This document shows positions 1-9,383 of a stretch of 64,000 nt of DNA, piece by piece. The notes under the pieces were generated by a model. That model saw nothing but the letters and a program-made list of their open reading frames with translations, did no database searches and was not told the origin of the DNA. Each line of letters begins with the position of its first letter. Position 1 is the first letter of the stretch. Position numbers and translations under genes: made by a program. Source of the stretch: a virus; IMG/VR virus record IMGVR_UViG_3300044712_000833, positions 1 through 64,000 of that record. One strand, written 5' to 3'.

Positions 1-40
1 GGGTTATACTATAATTATTCTAGTTAATAAGGAGTCTAAA

Positions 41-262
41 ATGTTGAATATGGTTATAAAAATTCAAGGTAATAAAGTTGTAGCATGGAACACTCAGAAT
101 TTTGACTCTGACATGGTTAAGAGTCACATGTCGGCAGTGGCTTATAATAACGGTTTTAGAACGGTTTCAGGATCAGACACTTGGCACGATTCATCTGTGT
201 GGACAAAGTTAGACCCTTATTTTTACTCTGAAATGTGTATTATGGATATTATAAAAAGATAA
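41..262 (+). CDS. hypothetical protein (monocistronic early gene)
   Basis: SD AAGGAG; TATAAT upstream; terminator follows. Confidence 0.7.
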   Translation: MLNMVIKIQGNKVVAWNTQNFDSDMVKSHMSAVAYNNGFRTVSGSDTWHDSSVWTKLDPYFYSEMCIMDIIKR

Positions 263-278
263 TATCTATCCAGTTTAT

Positions 279-311
279 AATAACTCCCTGTAATAAGGGA
301 GTTATTTTTTT
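279..311 (+). terminator. intrinsic terminator
   Basis: ATAACTCCCT/AGGGAGTTAT stem plus T run. Confidence 0.8.
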
Positions 312-345
312 AATCTTTTTCTAATCTGATTCTAATGTAAATTGC

Positions 346-373
346 TTGACTTATGGTAAGGAATGATTATAAT
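346..373 (+). promoter_or_regulatory. sigma70/sigmaA-type promoter
   Basis: TTGACT-N16-TATAAT. Confidence 0.6.
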
Positions 374-400
374 GTGACTATATCAAATAAGGAGACAATA

Positions 401-820
401 ATGTTATCTTTTGATGAATTCCAAAAAATAAAACTAACCCGTGACTTATTTCCCCAAGAGTCATGTTCTCGCTGTGGTGGATCAGGTAAATTTAGCTATT
501 GCGAAAAATGGGGCGACATGTGTTTTAAATGTGAAGGAAAAGGAATAGCATTAACTCAATTAGGACTAAAACAGTATAATTATTTTAGAGAATGCTTAAG
601 CATTCCTGTTAATCAAGTAAAGATAGGTATGAAGTATCACGATGATATATATAACAAATGGCGCACTGTTATCGATATAAAAATTATTGGGACTGACAGA
701 ATCGAATTAATCCACAAATTTGGATCATATGGTTTATTTATAACAGATAAATTACGGGTAGGATTTAGCATGGAGGAAAGATACCAGATATACAAAAAAA
801 CTTTAGAGACAATTAAATAA
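401..820 (+). CDS. DnaJ-type CxxCxGxG zinc-finger protein
   Basis: CSRCGGSG and CFKCEGKG; start moved to ATG 401 after SD AAGGAG. Confidence 0.7.
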   Translation: MLSFDEFQKIKLTRDLFPQESCSRCGGSGKFSYCEKWGDMCFKCEGKGIALTQLGLKQYNYFRECLSIPVNQVKIGMKYHDDIYNKWRTVIDIKIIGTDRIELIHKFGSYGLFITDKLRVGFSMEERYQIYKKTLETIK

Positions 821-832
821 TCTGTGACTTAT

Positions 833-863
833 AAAAAGTACTTCAGGAATGGAGTACTTTTTA
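833..863 (+). terminator. intrinsic terminator
   Basis: AAAAAGTACTTC/GGAGTACTTTTT. Confidence 0.75.
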
Positions 864-1025
864 TATTTAACCTTGCAATGGATCAGCCCGAATTATAGAA
901 CAAAATCAGAACAAATTGTAATGATTCTGCAATGTTTAAACCTTGCTTTTACTCTTGTTTTAAAGTAAAATTTGTTTTAACAAAACAAATTTTAGCCCAA
1001 ACAGGCAAAGAAAAGAGATAAAAAA

Positions 1026-1283
1026 ATGTCAAAGAAAATCAAGTTAACAGATATTATTTTAGACAAAGATAATGACTTAGTAAACGTTGAAGCGTTAGTT
1101 ATTTATATATCTAAGGTTGTAACAGGATCATACAATTATCAAGGCATCAGATCATGTTTGGAAGTAAAGGGACTTAGTAAACTTGTAAACAAATATCTTA
1201 AATCAATAAATAAAAACATTAGAGTTGTTGAAATAGATGACAATAACCCTAATTTATCAGAATATAAACCAGTAATAAAATAA
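1026..1283 (+). CDS. hypothetical protein
   Basis: ORF between TTGCTT-N17-TAAAAT promoter (943-971) and terminator. Confidence 0.65.
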   Translation: MSKKIKLTDIILDKDNDLVNVEALVIYISKVVTGSYNYQGIRSCLEVKGLSKLVNKYLKSINKNIRVVEIDDNNPNLSEYKPVIK

Positions 1284-1290
1284 TAAAACG

Positions 1291-1320
1291 AAAGACTCCA
1301 GAGATGGAGTCTTTTTTATT
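1291..1320 (+). terminator. intrinsic terminator
   Basis: AAAGACTCCA/TGGAGTCTTT plus T run. Confidence 0.8.
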
Positions 1321-2044
1321 TAAGTATATACTGGCTGAGGATAGATATATACTTAGTGTATATAATACAATAAGTATATATAATTTATTAATAGTGTACA
1401 TTATTTATTATATATTGTAGTATATACTTGTGTATAGTATATTATACATAATGTAAGAAATATATTACATGTGATAATCAAAAGGTTATAACTTATTTTA
1501 TTTATAAATCAAAGATAATCAAGTGATATTATCAATAATTTTTATTCTTATACTGGCTTACGTGGTGGATCAACTCAAGTAAGTTATTTACGATAATAGT
1601 ACATTATCAATAATAAATGACATTTTACAGATAACTGGGGGTATTTTACAAGTAAGGCAGAGAGACCAGCGCAAAATCCCATCTAGCACATTAGTTCACA
1701 CACTCACAAGGAAAACAAAAAGAAAGAATAATCTAAGACAGGGTTTGCCTTGCAACTTTTTACGGTTAATAAAAGTGTTTTCCTAATCTAAGATAGGTTT
1801 TTGTTGAGATATGATTTTCCGACCTAATAAACAAAGTAGCATTTCAATTGCTGTTTCTGAAATATACCCCTAAATGACCACAGGAAGCCCTACAACAAAA
1901 GTAGGGTAGCGTTCCTCGACTCTTTAGTTTACGTTGAAATTTGAGGTTATTTTTTTTGAAATAGGGCATGGTCTGTCATATGTTGTGATACAATATTGTG
2001 ATCCGAAAATTTTAGAGATGGATTACCTGTGGACATAAAGGGGT

Positions 2045-2179
2045 GGTAAAAAGTAAAACCACTCAGGGTAAAAAAGAAAGAGTATATATTTATATACTTT
2101 TAATTAATATTAAGTACTTAATATATTAAATTAATTAAAAGATACTCTTTACTTTTTACCTTAAGGCATTTTACTTTTT
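2045..2179. repeat. ~135 bp imperfect inverted repeat, candidate origin or operator
   Basis: arms 2048-2058/2169-2179 and 2067-2085/2142-2160; central perfect palindrome ATATTAAGTACTTAATAT 2107-2124. Confidence 0.8.
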
Positions 2180-2187
2180 GGTAGCCC

Positions 2188-2216
2188 TTGACAGAATAAT
2201 GAATGTGTGGTAGAAT
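2188..2216 (+). promoter_or_regulatory. sigma70/sigmaA-type promoter, extended -10
   Basis: TTGACA-N17-TAGAAT with TG. Confidence 0.85.
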
Positions 2217-2235
2217 TAAGAAAAAAGGAGGCTTA

Positions 2236-2610
2236 ATGGAAGTTGAGGTAACATTATCAAAAGAATTTATGAACTCATATTGGGAATTGGGTGGTACTGC
2301 TGTAAAATTATATCTGGCTTTAAAAGGTGCTGAAGAGTTAACGAAACCAGATGATGGATGGATAAGTTTTGGCTATGAAACTTTTTCTGGACAAGCAGGA
2401 ATCAAATCTACAAAATCAGTAAGATCGGCTCAATTAGAGTTGGCAAGTAAGGGATGGATTTTAGACTATAAACGAGGGGGATATTTTGTAGAAAAAGACC
2501 ATCGAAAAAACTTCCCCAATAGGTATAAAGTATCTAACGAAAAGGTTTCTGAAGAAATAATACTAAATGTTTTGAAGAAAATGAAAAGAGAAAAGTTGGT
2601 GGAAGAATGA
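2236..2610 (+). CDS. winged-helix DNA-binding protein (replication-initiator-like HTH)
   Basis: KLYLAL...YETFSGQAGIKSTKSVRSAQLELASKGWI...NRY pattern; SD AAGGAGG. Confidence 0.6.
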   Translation: MEVEVTLSKEFMNSYWELGGTAVKLYLALKGAEELTKPDDGWISFGYETFSGQAGIKSTKSVRSAQLELASKGWILDYKRGGYFVEKDHRKNFPNRYKVSNEKVSEEIILNVLKKMKREKLVEE

Positions 2611-3158
2611 TTATAACAACCCCGTTCTCATACTTATATTTTTTAGGGGAAAAGATAGAGAAAGACTGTCCTGAAAACTGTTTCTATGTGGTTAGAAATG
2701 AAACTGAAATATTATACATAGGTATCAGTAAAATCGGCGTTTACAATAGGTGGTTTGGAGGACAAAATCCCCATATCAAATTTAGATTTGAAGAAATATA
2801 CGGAACAAGTACAATTGGTAAATATATAATTGATAATTTTCCAGATTCTAAAAAATGGCTGATTGACCAATTCTCTGAAATAGAATGTCTAGACTATCTA
2901 TGTAAACCTTATATTTTAGATGAAAATAACCGAATAACAATAAATGATTTTTATACAGGAAATTCTAGATTTATTGATATGAGATATTTAGAAGAAATAC
3001 TAATTGGAAAATTTAACCCTAAATTTAACACCATGAAGCGAACCAATAAAACAAGAGAAAAATCAGATTTTTTGGAATATATTGAATACATGAATGAAAA
3101 ATCAATTCTGAAAGGAGAATTAGATTATGAAAATCTACAAAATGCGAAAACGGATTAA
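2607..3158 (+). CDS. GIY-YIG-like nuclease
   Basis: CFY...LYIGIS...R...H...EEILI...NPKFN. Confidence 0.6.
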   Translation: MIITTPFSYLYFLGEKIEKDCPENCFYVVRNETEILYIGISKIGVYNRWFGGQNPHIKFRFEEIYGTSTIGKYIIDNFPDSKKWLIDQFSEIECLDYLCKPYILDENNRITINDFYTGNSRFIDMRYLEEILIGKFNPKFNTMKRTNKTREKSDFLEYIEYMNEKSILKGELDYENLQNAKTD

Positions 3159-3543
3159 TAACTCTACTCTGTCAAAAAACGCAGTTAACTGGAAATACCC
3201 ATTATTTTTTGAAGCGACAGTAAACGGAACCCCGTTGGTTTCAAGAATGGTTAATCCTGAAAGAGACACAAAACAGTTAGGACATGCGTTTGGATGGGGT
3301 TATCACGGAGTATTCCCCGCAAACCTAGCGGTGTCCATACTCTGTGACTTTTTTGAAATAGACGATTACGCTCAACTTTTTTCTGAAAGCGGATATGGTC
3401 AAGCAACAAATAAATTCTACGATGAATTTATTCGAGAGAACACCATGATATCTTGGGAAATTACCGACGAACAATTGTGGGGGTATATGTCAAATTTAGT
3501 AGAAGATTTGGAGAAAGAAGGACTTATCCATGAAGAAGCATAA
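3127..3543 (+). CDS. DUF6166-like hypothetical protein
   Basis: FGWGYHGVFPANLAVSIL resembles the recalled FxWGYxGxGPxxLAxxIL motif. Confidence 0.5.
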   Translation: MKIYKMRKRINNSTLSKNAVNWKYPLFFEATVNGTPLVSRMVNPERDTKQLGHAFGWGYHGVFPANLAVSILCDFFEIDDYAQLFSESGYGQATNKFYDEFIRENTMISWEITDEQLWGYMSNLVEDLEKEGLIHEEA

Positions 3544-3632
3544 CATTATTCTAATGTCCGTTTTGCTGTTTTTATCTCCTGTTCTTTATCGAATCCTATT
3601 TGATGAGGGGCAAAAGTGGGAGATGAATACCC

Positions 3633-3661
3633 TTGACAAAAATAAGAAATTGTGGTAGAAT
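3633..3661 (+). promoter_or_regulatory. sigma70/sigmaA-type promoter, extended -10
   Basis: TTGACA-N17-TAGAAT with TG. Confidence 0.85.
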
Positions 3662-3685
3662 TTAATCAGGAGAAAATAAAAACAA

Positions 3686-4144
3686 ATGAATGATATTTAT
3701 GTTTTTGAAGCTGACGTTATTCGATTTGGAGGCGGAGAAAAAATTGATACGATACATTGTATGGCTTATAGTTTATTTCAAGCCACCCATGAGTTGATTG
3801 AATATATCAATGATAAAAAATCTGGATATTCTGGAATTGTGGAGTTAGGGGCGGTTAGAAAATTGACTGATATTAGAAAGCTAATTAATCCGTACTTCGC
3901 AGTAGAAATGGACAACCTATCAGATGATGAAGATGATTATGATCCAGAATTTCCTTATGAAATAGTTAAAAACATTCCCGATACAGATCAAAGAGTTATG
4001 AAATTTAATTGTTCTTGTAAAGAAGAAATTAGAGTTTATCGCGGGGATTGGGAGTACATTGTTTGCAAGAATTGTGAAAATAAAATTTTCCGTTCTGAAG
4101 TTGAAGAATATGGTGGAAAATTTGTTTATGTGAAGAAAACTTAA
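3686..4144 (+). CDS. hypothetical protein with C-terminal zinc ribbon
   Basis: CSC...CKNC; SD AGGAG. Confidence 0.7.
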   Translation: MNDIYVFEADVIRFGGGEKIDTIHCMAYSLFQATHELIEYINDKKSGYSGIVELGAVRKLTDIRKLINPYFAVEMDNLSDDEDDYDPEFPYEIVKNIPDTDQRVMKFNCSCKEEIRVYRGDWEYIVCKNCENKIFRSEVEEYGGKFVYVKKT

Positions 4145-4219
4145 CGGATAAAACATATACAAAATTCCGTGAGAGTCTGTCTGATAAGATGGACTCTTTT
4201 GTGTTATAAAGGAGAAAAT

Positions 4220-5419
4220 ATGCCTTCTGGTTACATAAGAACAAGAGAAGAAATTAAGCAAATAATTGAAGAAATAGGTTATATTTTTTTAGATGAGTAT
4301 TCTAAAAAAACAAAGAGAGTTATTGTACAAACAAAAGAAGGATATAAATGGGATGGATGTCTGTCTGATTTAATGAATAAAAAGGGAGAAAATGGCATTT
4401 TTTCTTTTAAAAATAAATATTCGTTATATAATATAAAAATGTGGATGAAAAAAAATAAACCAGAGTTTACATTATTAGAAGATAACGAATACAGAGGAAA
4501 TAATAAGAAACTAATTATTTTACACAACGATGCTAAATGTCAAGAGCAATTTAAAATGACTTGGATAGATATTCGTCAAGGAAGAGGGTGTCCTGTTTGC
4601 GGTGGTAGACAAATTGGTGAGCGAAATACTGTCTTTTATTTAAGACCAGATTTGGCGAAAGAATGGCACTCAGATAATGAAATAAAGCCAACTGAAATAA
4701 CTCTTGGCTCTCATAAGAAAATTTTCTGGATTTGTGGTGTTTGTGAATACGGAAAAAATAAAGAGTGGTTTAAATCATGTAACGATAGGATTTATTATGG
4801 ATGTCCCGCTTGTTCTGGAAGAGTGGTTACTGAAAAAAATATGCTTTCTAATAATTTCCCAGAATTAATTTCTGAATGGGATTCCAATAGAAATAAAAAT
4901 TTATCCCCTTTTGATGTCAGTTATGGTAGCAATAAAAAAGTTTGGTGGGTTTGCAAAAAGGGTCATAAGTGGAACGCATCTATAAAAAGTAGAACTAAAG
5001 GTAATGGTTGTAAAAAATGTTCAGATGAACAAAAAGAATCAAAAATAGCTAGTGAACTAAAACAGTATATTCTAAATAAATATCAGGCAAAAGAAGAATA
5101 TTCTATTTTAAAAAATCCTGAAACAAATCGCCCTCTCCCGTTTGATATTTATATTTTTGGAGGACAAAATCCAGAATTAAACGGTGTTTATATAGAAGTT
5201 CATTGGTTGCAACACTATAAAATAACTTGGTGGCACAAGAAAATGGCTGACAAAAAGGGGATAACACCCGAACAAGAGTTTGAATACAGAAAAAAACTAG
5301 ATGATATAAAAAAGAAGTTTGCCAAGAAAAATGGAGTTTATATAGAAGTAAACCTAAAGAAAATAAAAAATATTTTTGAAGCAATCGAATATGTAGAAAA
5401 TAAAATTAGAGATAAATAA
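4220..5419 (+). CDS. free-standing homing-endonuclease-like protein (treble-clef Zn-finger repeats plus Vsr/DUF559-like nuclease)
   Basis: GxGCPxC...LxxEW...WWxC repeats; C-terminal ESK...FDIY...IEVH.QHY; SD AAGGAG. Confidence 0.75.
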   Translation: MPSGYIRTREEIKQIIEEIGYIFLDEYSKKTKRVIVQTKEGYKWDGCLSDLMNKKGENGIFSFKNKYSLYNIKMWMKKNKPEFTLLEDNEYRGNNKKLIILHNDAKCQEQFKMTWIDIRQGRGCPVCGGRQIGERNTVFYLRPDLAKEWHSDNEIKPTEITLGSHKKIFWICGVCEYGKNKEWFKSCNDRIYYGCPACSGRVVTEKNMLSNNFPELISEWDSNRNKNLSPFDVSYGSNKKVWWVCKKGHKWNASIKSRTKGNGCKKCSDEQKESKIASELKQYILNKYQAKEEYSILKNPETNRPLPFDIYIFGGQNPELNGVYIEVHWLQHYKITWWHKKMADKKGITPEQEFEYRKKLDDIKKKFAKKNGVYIEVNLKKIKNIFEAIEYVENKIRDK

Positions 5420-5421
5420 TA

Positions 5422-8130
5422 ATGAAAAAAAATCAACAATTCAGTGTACTCAAAATATCGAGCGACAGGATTAGAGAAAACAATTATGAATTAGACATAT
5501 CTTACAATCAAGCGGTTATCAATCAGGAAATGGTTCATTTATCGGACAGTCAATTAATCCGTACATTGAATAAAATTAGAGAGTCAAAATATTCTCAAAG
5601 TTACCTTCAAAACCTTTTGTCAAAAAGAAAACAATTGTCTTCAAAAAAGAACTCGAAAGAAAATAGAAAATTAATATCTTCTTTGGATTTAGAAATACAA
5701 AATGTATTATACATTCCAGAAATTGTTAGCGTTTATTTCTCAAACAAAAAACACGCAGATAAAATTGTAAGAAATGGGTTCACCTTAAACGGAAAGTTTT
5801 ATCTTGCTTTTATGGCTAGTTCGGGAATGATAAGAAGAAATACGATGTTGTTTATTGAAGAAAAATATTATTCCAAAATTGAAAACATATTTGACAATGG
5901 AAGAAACAAAGATAAAGAAATGGTTGAGGTTAAGTTTGGTGTATATTACTCCTTATATTCTTCCTCCTCTCTGGAAGTTACCTTTCCAAGAATGGCAGTT
6001 GTTCCAGACAGAATTACAAAAGAAATTAGAAATGTTGATTTTGGGGAAATCTTTGGTGATAATAAGCTAGGAATTGATCCTGAAATATCCCCTAAAGATG
6101 TGTTCATTGAACTTAATTCTTTTGACGGACAGGGGCTCGTCTCACCAAAAACTGCTAAAACTTGGTCGTCTGATTTAGAGTTAGACTATGTTCCTTCAGC
6201 ATTTATTATCCGAGCAAGTTTTCTAAAAGGTCTCTGTGTTACATTTGATTTTCACAAGTTCGCAAAGGAAAATGGAATTTTTGAAATCACAGATATATAC
6301 GGGGATAAAATAAAAATAAAGGATGTTGATGTTGTTATATCTGAGTCTCAATTCAAATTATGGTCTAGTTATTCTTCAACAAGTGATTATTTGAATAATT
6401 CCGAAAAGAATGATTTGGGATGGGGTATAACTAGGGTTTCTCCAAAGGAAGATAAAACACACGCCTTTTCGTCTTATCAATTCATACAATCCTTGAAAGT
6501 TGAAAACGAAGAGGATATTTGTAAGCCGACTGTTGACTGGTTATCTTCTTTGGGTAAAAACAAAAATAGTATCCTTACTTATCTGCTAGGGGATATAGAT
6601 TTTTCAGATGGATGGTTCAATAGACTTGATTGGTCAATACAGGGAATTCTGCTAGAAGACTCTCTTTTGGAAGATTCTCATTTTCTAAAACAAATTGATA
6701 AATCTATTTCAAAGAAAAAAAGAGATAGTTGTATGGGAAGGCTGGTCTTTGAAGGTAATTATCAGTTTATGATAGGCGATCCATACGCCCAATGTTGTCA
6801 TATTTTTGGAATTGAATTCGAACCTTTATTGAAAGAGGGTGAGTGTTATAGTCAATTTTGGAATGAAAGAAATTCTGAAGAAATAGCCTTAGTTCGTTCT
6901 CCTAATGTTCACTCAAGCGAAATAAATAAACTTAAATTAAATAAAACAAAAGATGTAAAAGATTGGTATAAATATATATATTCTGGTATTGTGTTCCCTC
7001 CATATGGTGTCTCTTTGGATATGGCTATTCTTGGAGGAAGCGATCTTGATGGAGACATTGTTTTTAGTACTTCATATAAACCTTTCGTAAAAGGAAAACA
7101 AGAAGGGAGTCCTATTTTTTATGAATTACAAACTCCTTCTAAAAAACAAATAGATGATAAAAATTCTGTTTTAAATAAGCAGTCTTTAGGTATGGGGTCA
7201 AAGGTTGGTTTCTTAACAAATTACGGAAGCACACTAGTTACAATGCTTTCAGATTATCCTGAAGACAGTGAAGAATATAAAATTTTAAACAATCGCTATA
7301 AATACATTAGAGTCGCTCAAGGTCTTGAACTGGATAAACAAAAGGGGCTAATAATACCTGAGTTTCCTTCATGGTGGACAAAAATTGAAAAGTCAATGTC
7401 TCAGTTTGAAAAATCAATAACAGTCACAAAAAGACCATACTTCTTCAGATACTTATATGATTATATGAACAAACGATATAACGAAGAATTTTTAGCATTT
7501 GATAACATTTCCAGAACCATTTATGATATTGGAATAAAAGAATTAATGCTATTAGAACGTCCAACAAAAGATCAAAAAGATTTAATTGAAACGTATAAGA
7601 AGAAGTCTTTCTTTATAGATAATAATTCTATTATGAACAGGGTGTCTCATTACATGGAAGATAAAATAAAAGAGATGTCAAAAGAAAGAAGAGAGATTTC
7701 TAAAAACTTTGATTATAAAAAGATATTATCAAGATTAGACTATAAACCAAACAAAAACGATTTGGAAAAAATGACCTTATTATTTAAAGAATATAAGTCT
7801 TTAAAACGAGCATTAAGAGAAAATCTATTGGATTATGGAGAAGAAAATTATTCCAATCTGGATCAAATAAAAAGTCATATAAATAAAAGGGCTTATTCTA
7901 CAATAAGTTCCAATTCAGAGGAACTTGGGAATTTAGCAATCTGGTTATGTTATAAAGTCCTTGGAGAAACATCTCGTAAGTTTGCTTGGGATTGTTTTGG
8001 GGAAGAAATCGTTGGAAATATAAAAAACAGAAAAAAGGAAAAATCAGTAAGAGTCCCTATAAAAAATAAAAATGGATCATTTGACTATTTGTTTTCAAAA
8101 TACGGGATATATCTTATGAGCATAGAATAA
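5422..8130 (+). CDS. YonO-like single-subunit DNA-dependent RNA polymerase
   Basis: GGSDLDGD (DxDGD), FDGQG, IRASFLKG, RSP motifs; position upstream of HU and virion genes as in SPbeta. Confidence 0.85.
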   Translation: MKKNQQFSVLKISSDRIRENNYELDISYNQAVINQEMVHLSDSQLIRTLNKIRESKYSQSYLQNLLSKRKQLSSKKNSKENRKLISSLDLEIQNVLYIPEIVSVYFSNKKHADKIVRNGFTLNGKFYLAFMASSGMIRRNTMLFIEEKYYSKIENIFDNGRNKDKEMVEVKFGVYYSLYSSSSLEVTFPRMAVVPDRITKEIRNVDFGEIFGDNKLGIDPEISPKDVFIELNSFDGQGLVSPKTAKTWSSDLELDYVPSAFIIRASFLKGLCVTFDFHKFAKENGIFEITDIYGDKIKIKDVDVVISESQFKLWSSYSSTSDYLNNSEKNDLGWGITRVSPKEDKTHAFSSYQFIQSLKVENEEDICKPTVDWLSSLGKNKNSILTYLLGDIDFSDGWFNRLDWSIQGILLEDSLLEDSHFLKQIDKSISKKKRDSCMGRLVFEGNYQFMIGDPYAQCCHIFGIEFEPLLKEGECYSQFWNERNSEEIALVRSPNVHSSEINKLKLNKTKDVKDWYKYIYSGIVFPPYGVSLDMAILGGSDLDGDIVFSTSYKPFVKGKQEGSPIFYELQTPSKKQIDDKNSVLNKQSLGMGSKVGFLTNYGSTLVTMLSDYPEDSEEYKILNNRYKYIRVAQGLELDKQKGLIIPEFPSWWTKIEKSMSQFEKSITVTKRPYFFRYLYDYMNKRYNEEFLAFDNISRTIYDIGIKELMLLERPTKDQKDLIETYKKKSFFIDNNSIMNRVSHYMEDKIKEMSKERREISKNFDYKKILSRLDYKPNKNDLEKMTLLFKEYKSLKRALRENLLDYGEENYSNLDQIKSHINKRAYSTISSNSEELGNLAIWLCYKVLGETSRKFAWDCFGEEIVGNIKNRKKEKSVRVPIKNKNGSFDYLFSKYGIYLMSIE

Positions 8131-8867
8131 TGAAAAGTTTTCTATATGATGAAAAAGTTTTAGCGATTAATATTTACAACAACGGATTTACAAACGGATA
8201 TGATAGAAAAGAGGCTCTTTTACTTGCAAAATACTTTAGGCATGTTTTGGGATATGGAGACACAAAGATAAAAAATAAAATAATTGAAGCCTGTTCTAAA
8301 GACCCTTATTTCAATGCAGTATCAGAGTCCTCTTCTATAAAATCCTTTGTTAAAAATAGCAAAAAAGACTTCTTTGCAAAAACCAATATTTTTATAACAA
8401 AAGAAGAAATAGAGAAATCAAAAACAATAAAAAACTTTGATGCTCAAAAAGTTTATTTGACATTGTTGTTATTAGCAAGAAGAAGCGGATACAACAATGT
8501 TCCTTTACTTTTTACAGAGATAAAAAAGATAGCAAATATTAATACAACCAACAATGAATTATTTCATCTTTTTCATCTGATTTATAAATCAGGTTTAATA
8601 TACCCGATTGAAACCGACAATCACGATAAAACAATTGGGTATCAAAAGATATTAAACATGTATCTTGAAGGATTGACAGCGATAGAAATAAAAAACGATA
8701 GGGAATTATATGAATTCGGGAAAACATACGAAAAATACTGTGGTGGATATTTAGTATATTGTGAAGTTTGTCAAAAAGAAGAAATTAGAAAATCACCTGC
8801 TCATAAATTATGTGAGGAACATGCTTCAGAAAAAGAAAAATTCAGAAAAAGAAATGCGCGAATTTGA
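8130..8867 (+). CDS. hypothetical protein coupled to RNAP, C-terminal Zn finger
   Basis: TAATG overlap; CEVC...CEEH. Confidence 0.7.
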   Translation: MKSFLYDEKVLAINIYNNGFTNGYDRKEALLLAKYFRHVLGYGDTKIKNKIIEACSKDPYFNAVSESSSIKSFVKNSKKDFFAKTNIFITKEEIEKSKTIKNFDAQKVYLTLLLLARRSGYNNVPLLFTEIKKIANINTTNNELFHLFHLIYKSGLIYPIETDNHDKTIGYQKILNMYLEGLTAIEIKNDRELYEFGKTYEKYCGGYLVYCEVCQKEEIRKSPAHKLCEEHASEKEKFRKRNARI

Positions 8868-8906
8868 ACCCGATTCTAATATATAGTATATATACGAAAG
8901 AATTTT

Positions 8907-9272
8907 ATGAAAAAAACAAATGATTTAATTGAATACTTAGCAAATGGTAGGAAAGTAAAATTTGCGAAAATGGACGTAAAAGAAATTCTTGATGGAATTG
9001 TAGAATTCTTCGAAGAATGCGCCGAAAACCAAGAATCGTTAAAAGTACGCGGATTCGGCTTTCTCTCGTATATCCCAATTTCCGCCAGAGACATTTCTGG
9101 ATACACCGATAAGCAAGGTGTATATCACGAACCCAAAAAACTTCCTCCTGCTATAAAGGTCAACTTTCGATTAGCTGAAAATATTAGAAGATACGGGTCA
9201 ATTAACTCAAGAAAAAACATTCAATTAGAAGAAGATTTTGGTGATGATGAAACCCTTGACGAAATTGAATAA
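8907..9272 (+). CDS. HU/IHF-family DNA-binding protein
   Basis: LKVRGFGF...AR...KVNFR. Confidence 0.75.
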   Translation: MKKTNDLIEYLANGRKVKFAKMDVKEILDGIVEFFEECAENQESLKVRGFGFLSYIPISARDISGYTDKQGVYHEPKKLPPAIKVNFRLAENIRRYGSINSRKNIQLEEDFGDDETLDEIE

Positions 9273-9284
9273 ATATGATATAAT
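9256..9284 (+). promoter_or_regulatory. sigma70/sigmaA-type promoter
   Basis: TTGACG-N17-TATAAT with TG. Confidence 0.75.
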
Positions 9285-9289
9285 TTTTG

Positions 9290-9381
9290 AAGATTAAGGA
9301 ACGGGTAGCCTCGTTTCACATACGAGTCGGAAAGCCCCCCTAACGGATGCGAAAGGATGTAATTGCCGACTCGTTTATCTT
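9290..9381 (+). ncRNA. structured GC-rich leader or ncRNA upstream of tRNA-Asn
   Basis: ACGAGTCGG/CCGACTCGT 9-bp stem plus AACGGG/CTCGTT hairpin at the predicted TSS. Confidence 0.45.
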
Positions 9382-9383
9382 AT

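Noticed and set aside
898-912. GAAC-N7-GAAC as a LexA box
   Set aside because: Single occurrence; this box type is alphaproteobacterial and fits poorly with an SPbeta-like phage.
4144-4202. Sixth leader-RNA copy upstream of the 4220 nuclease (contains GGATA and CTGATAAG)
   Set aside because: Folds as two simple hairpins with a T tail (terminator-like); no enclosing P1, no dedicated promoter, no loop/SD complement.
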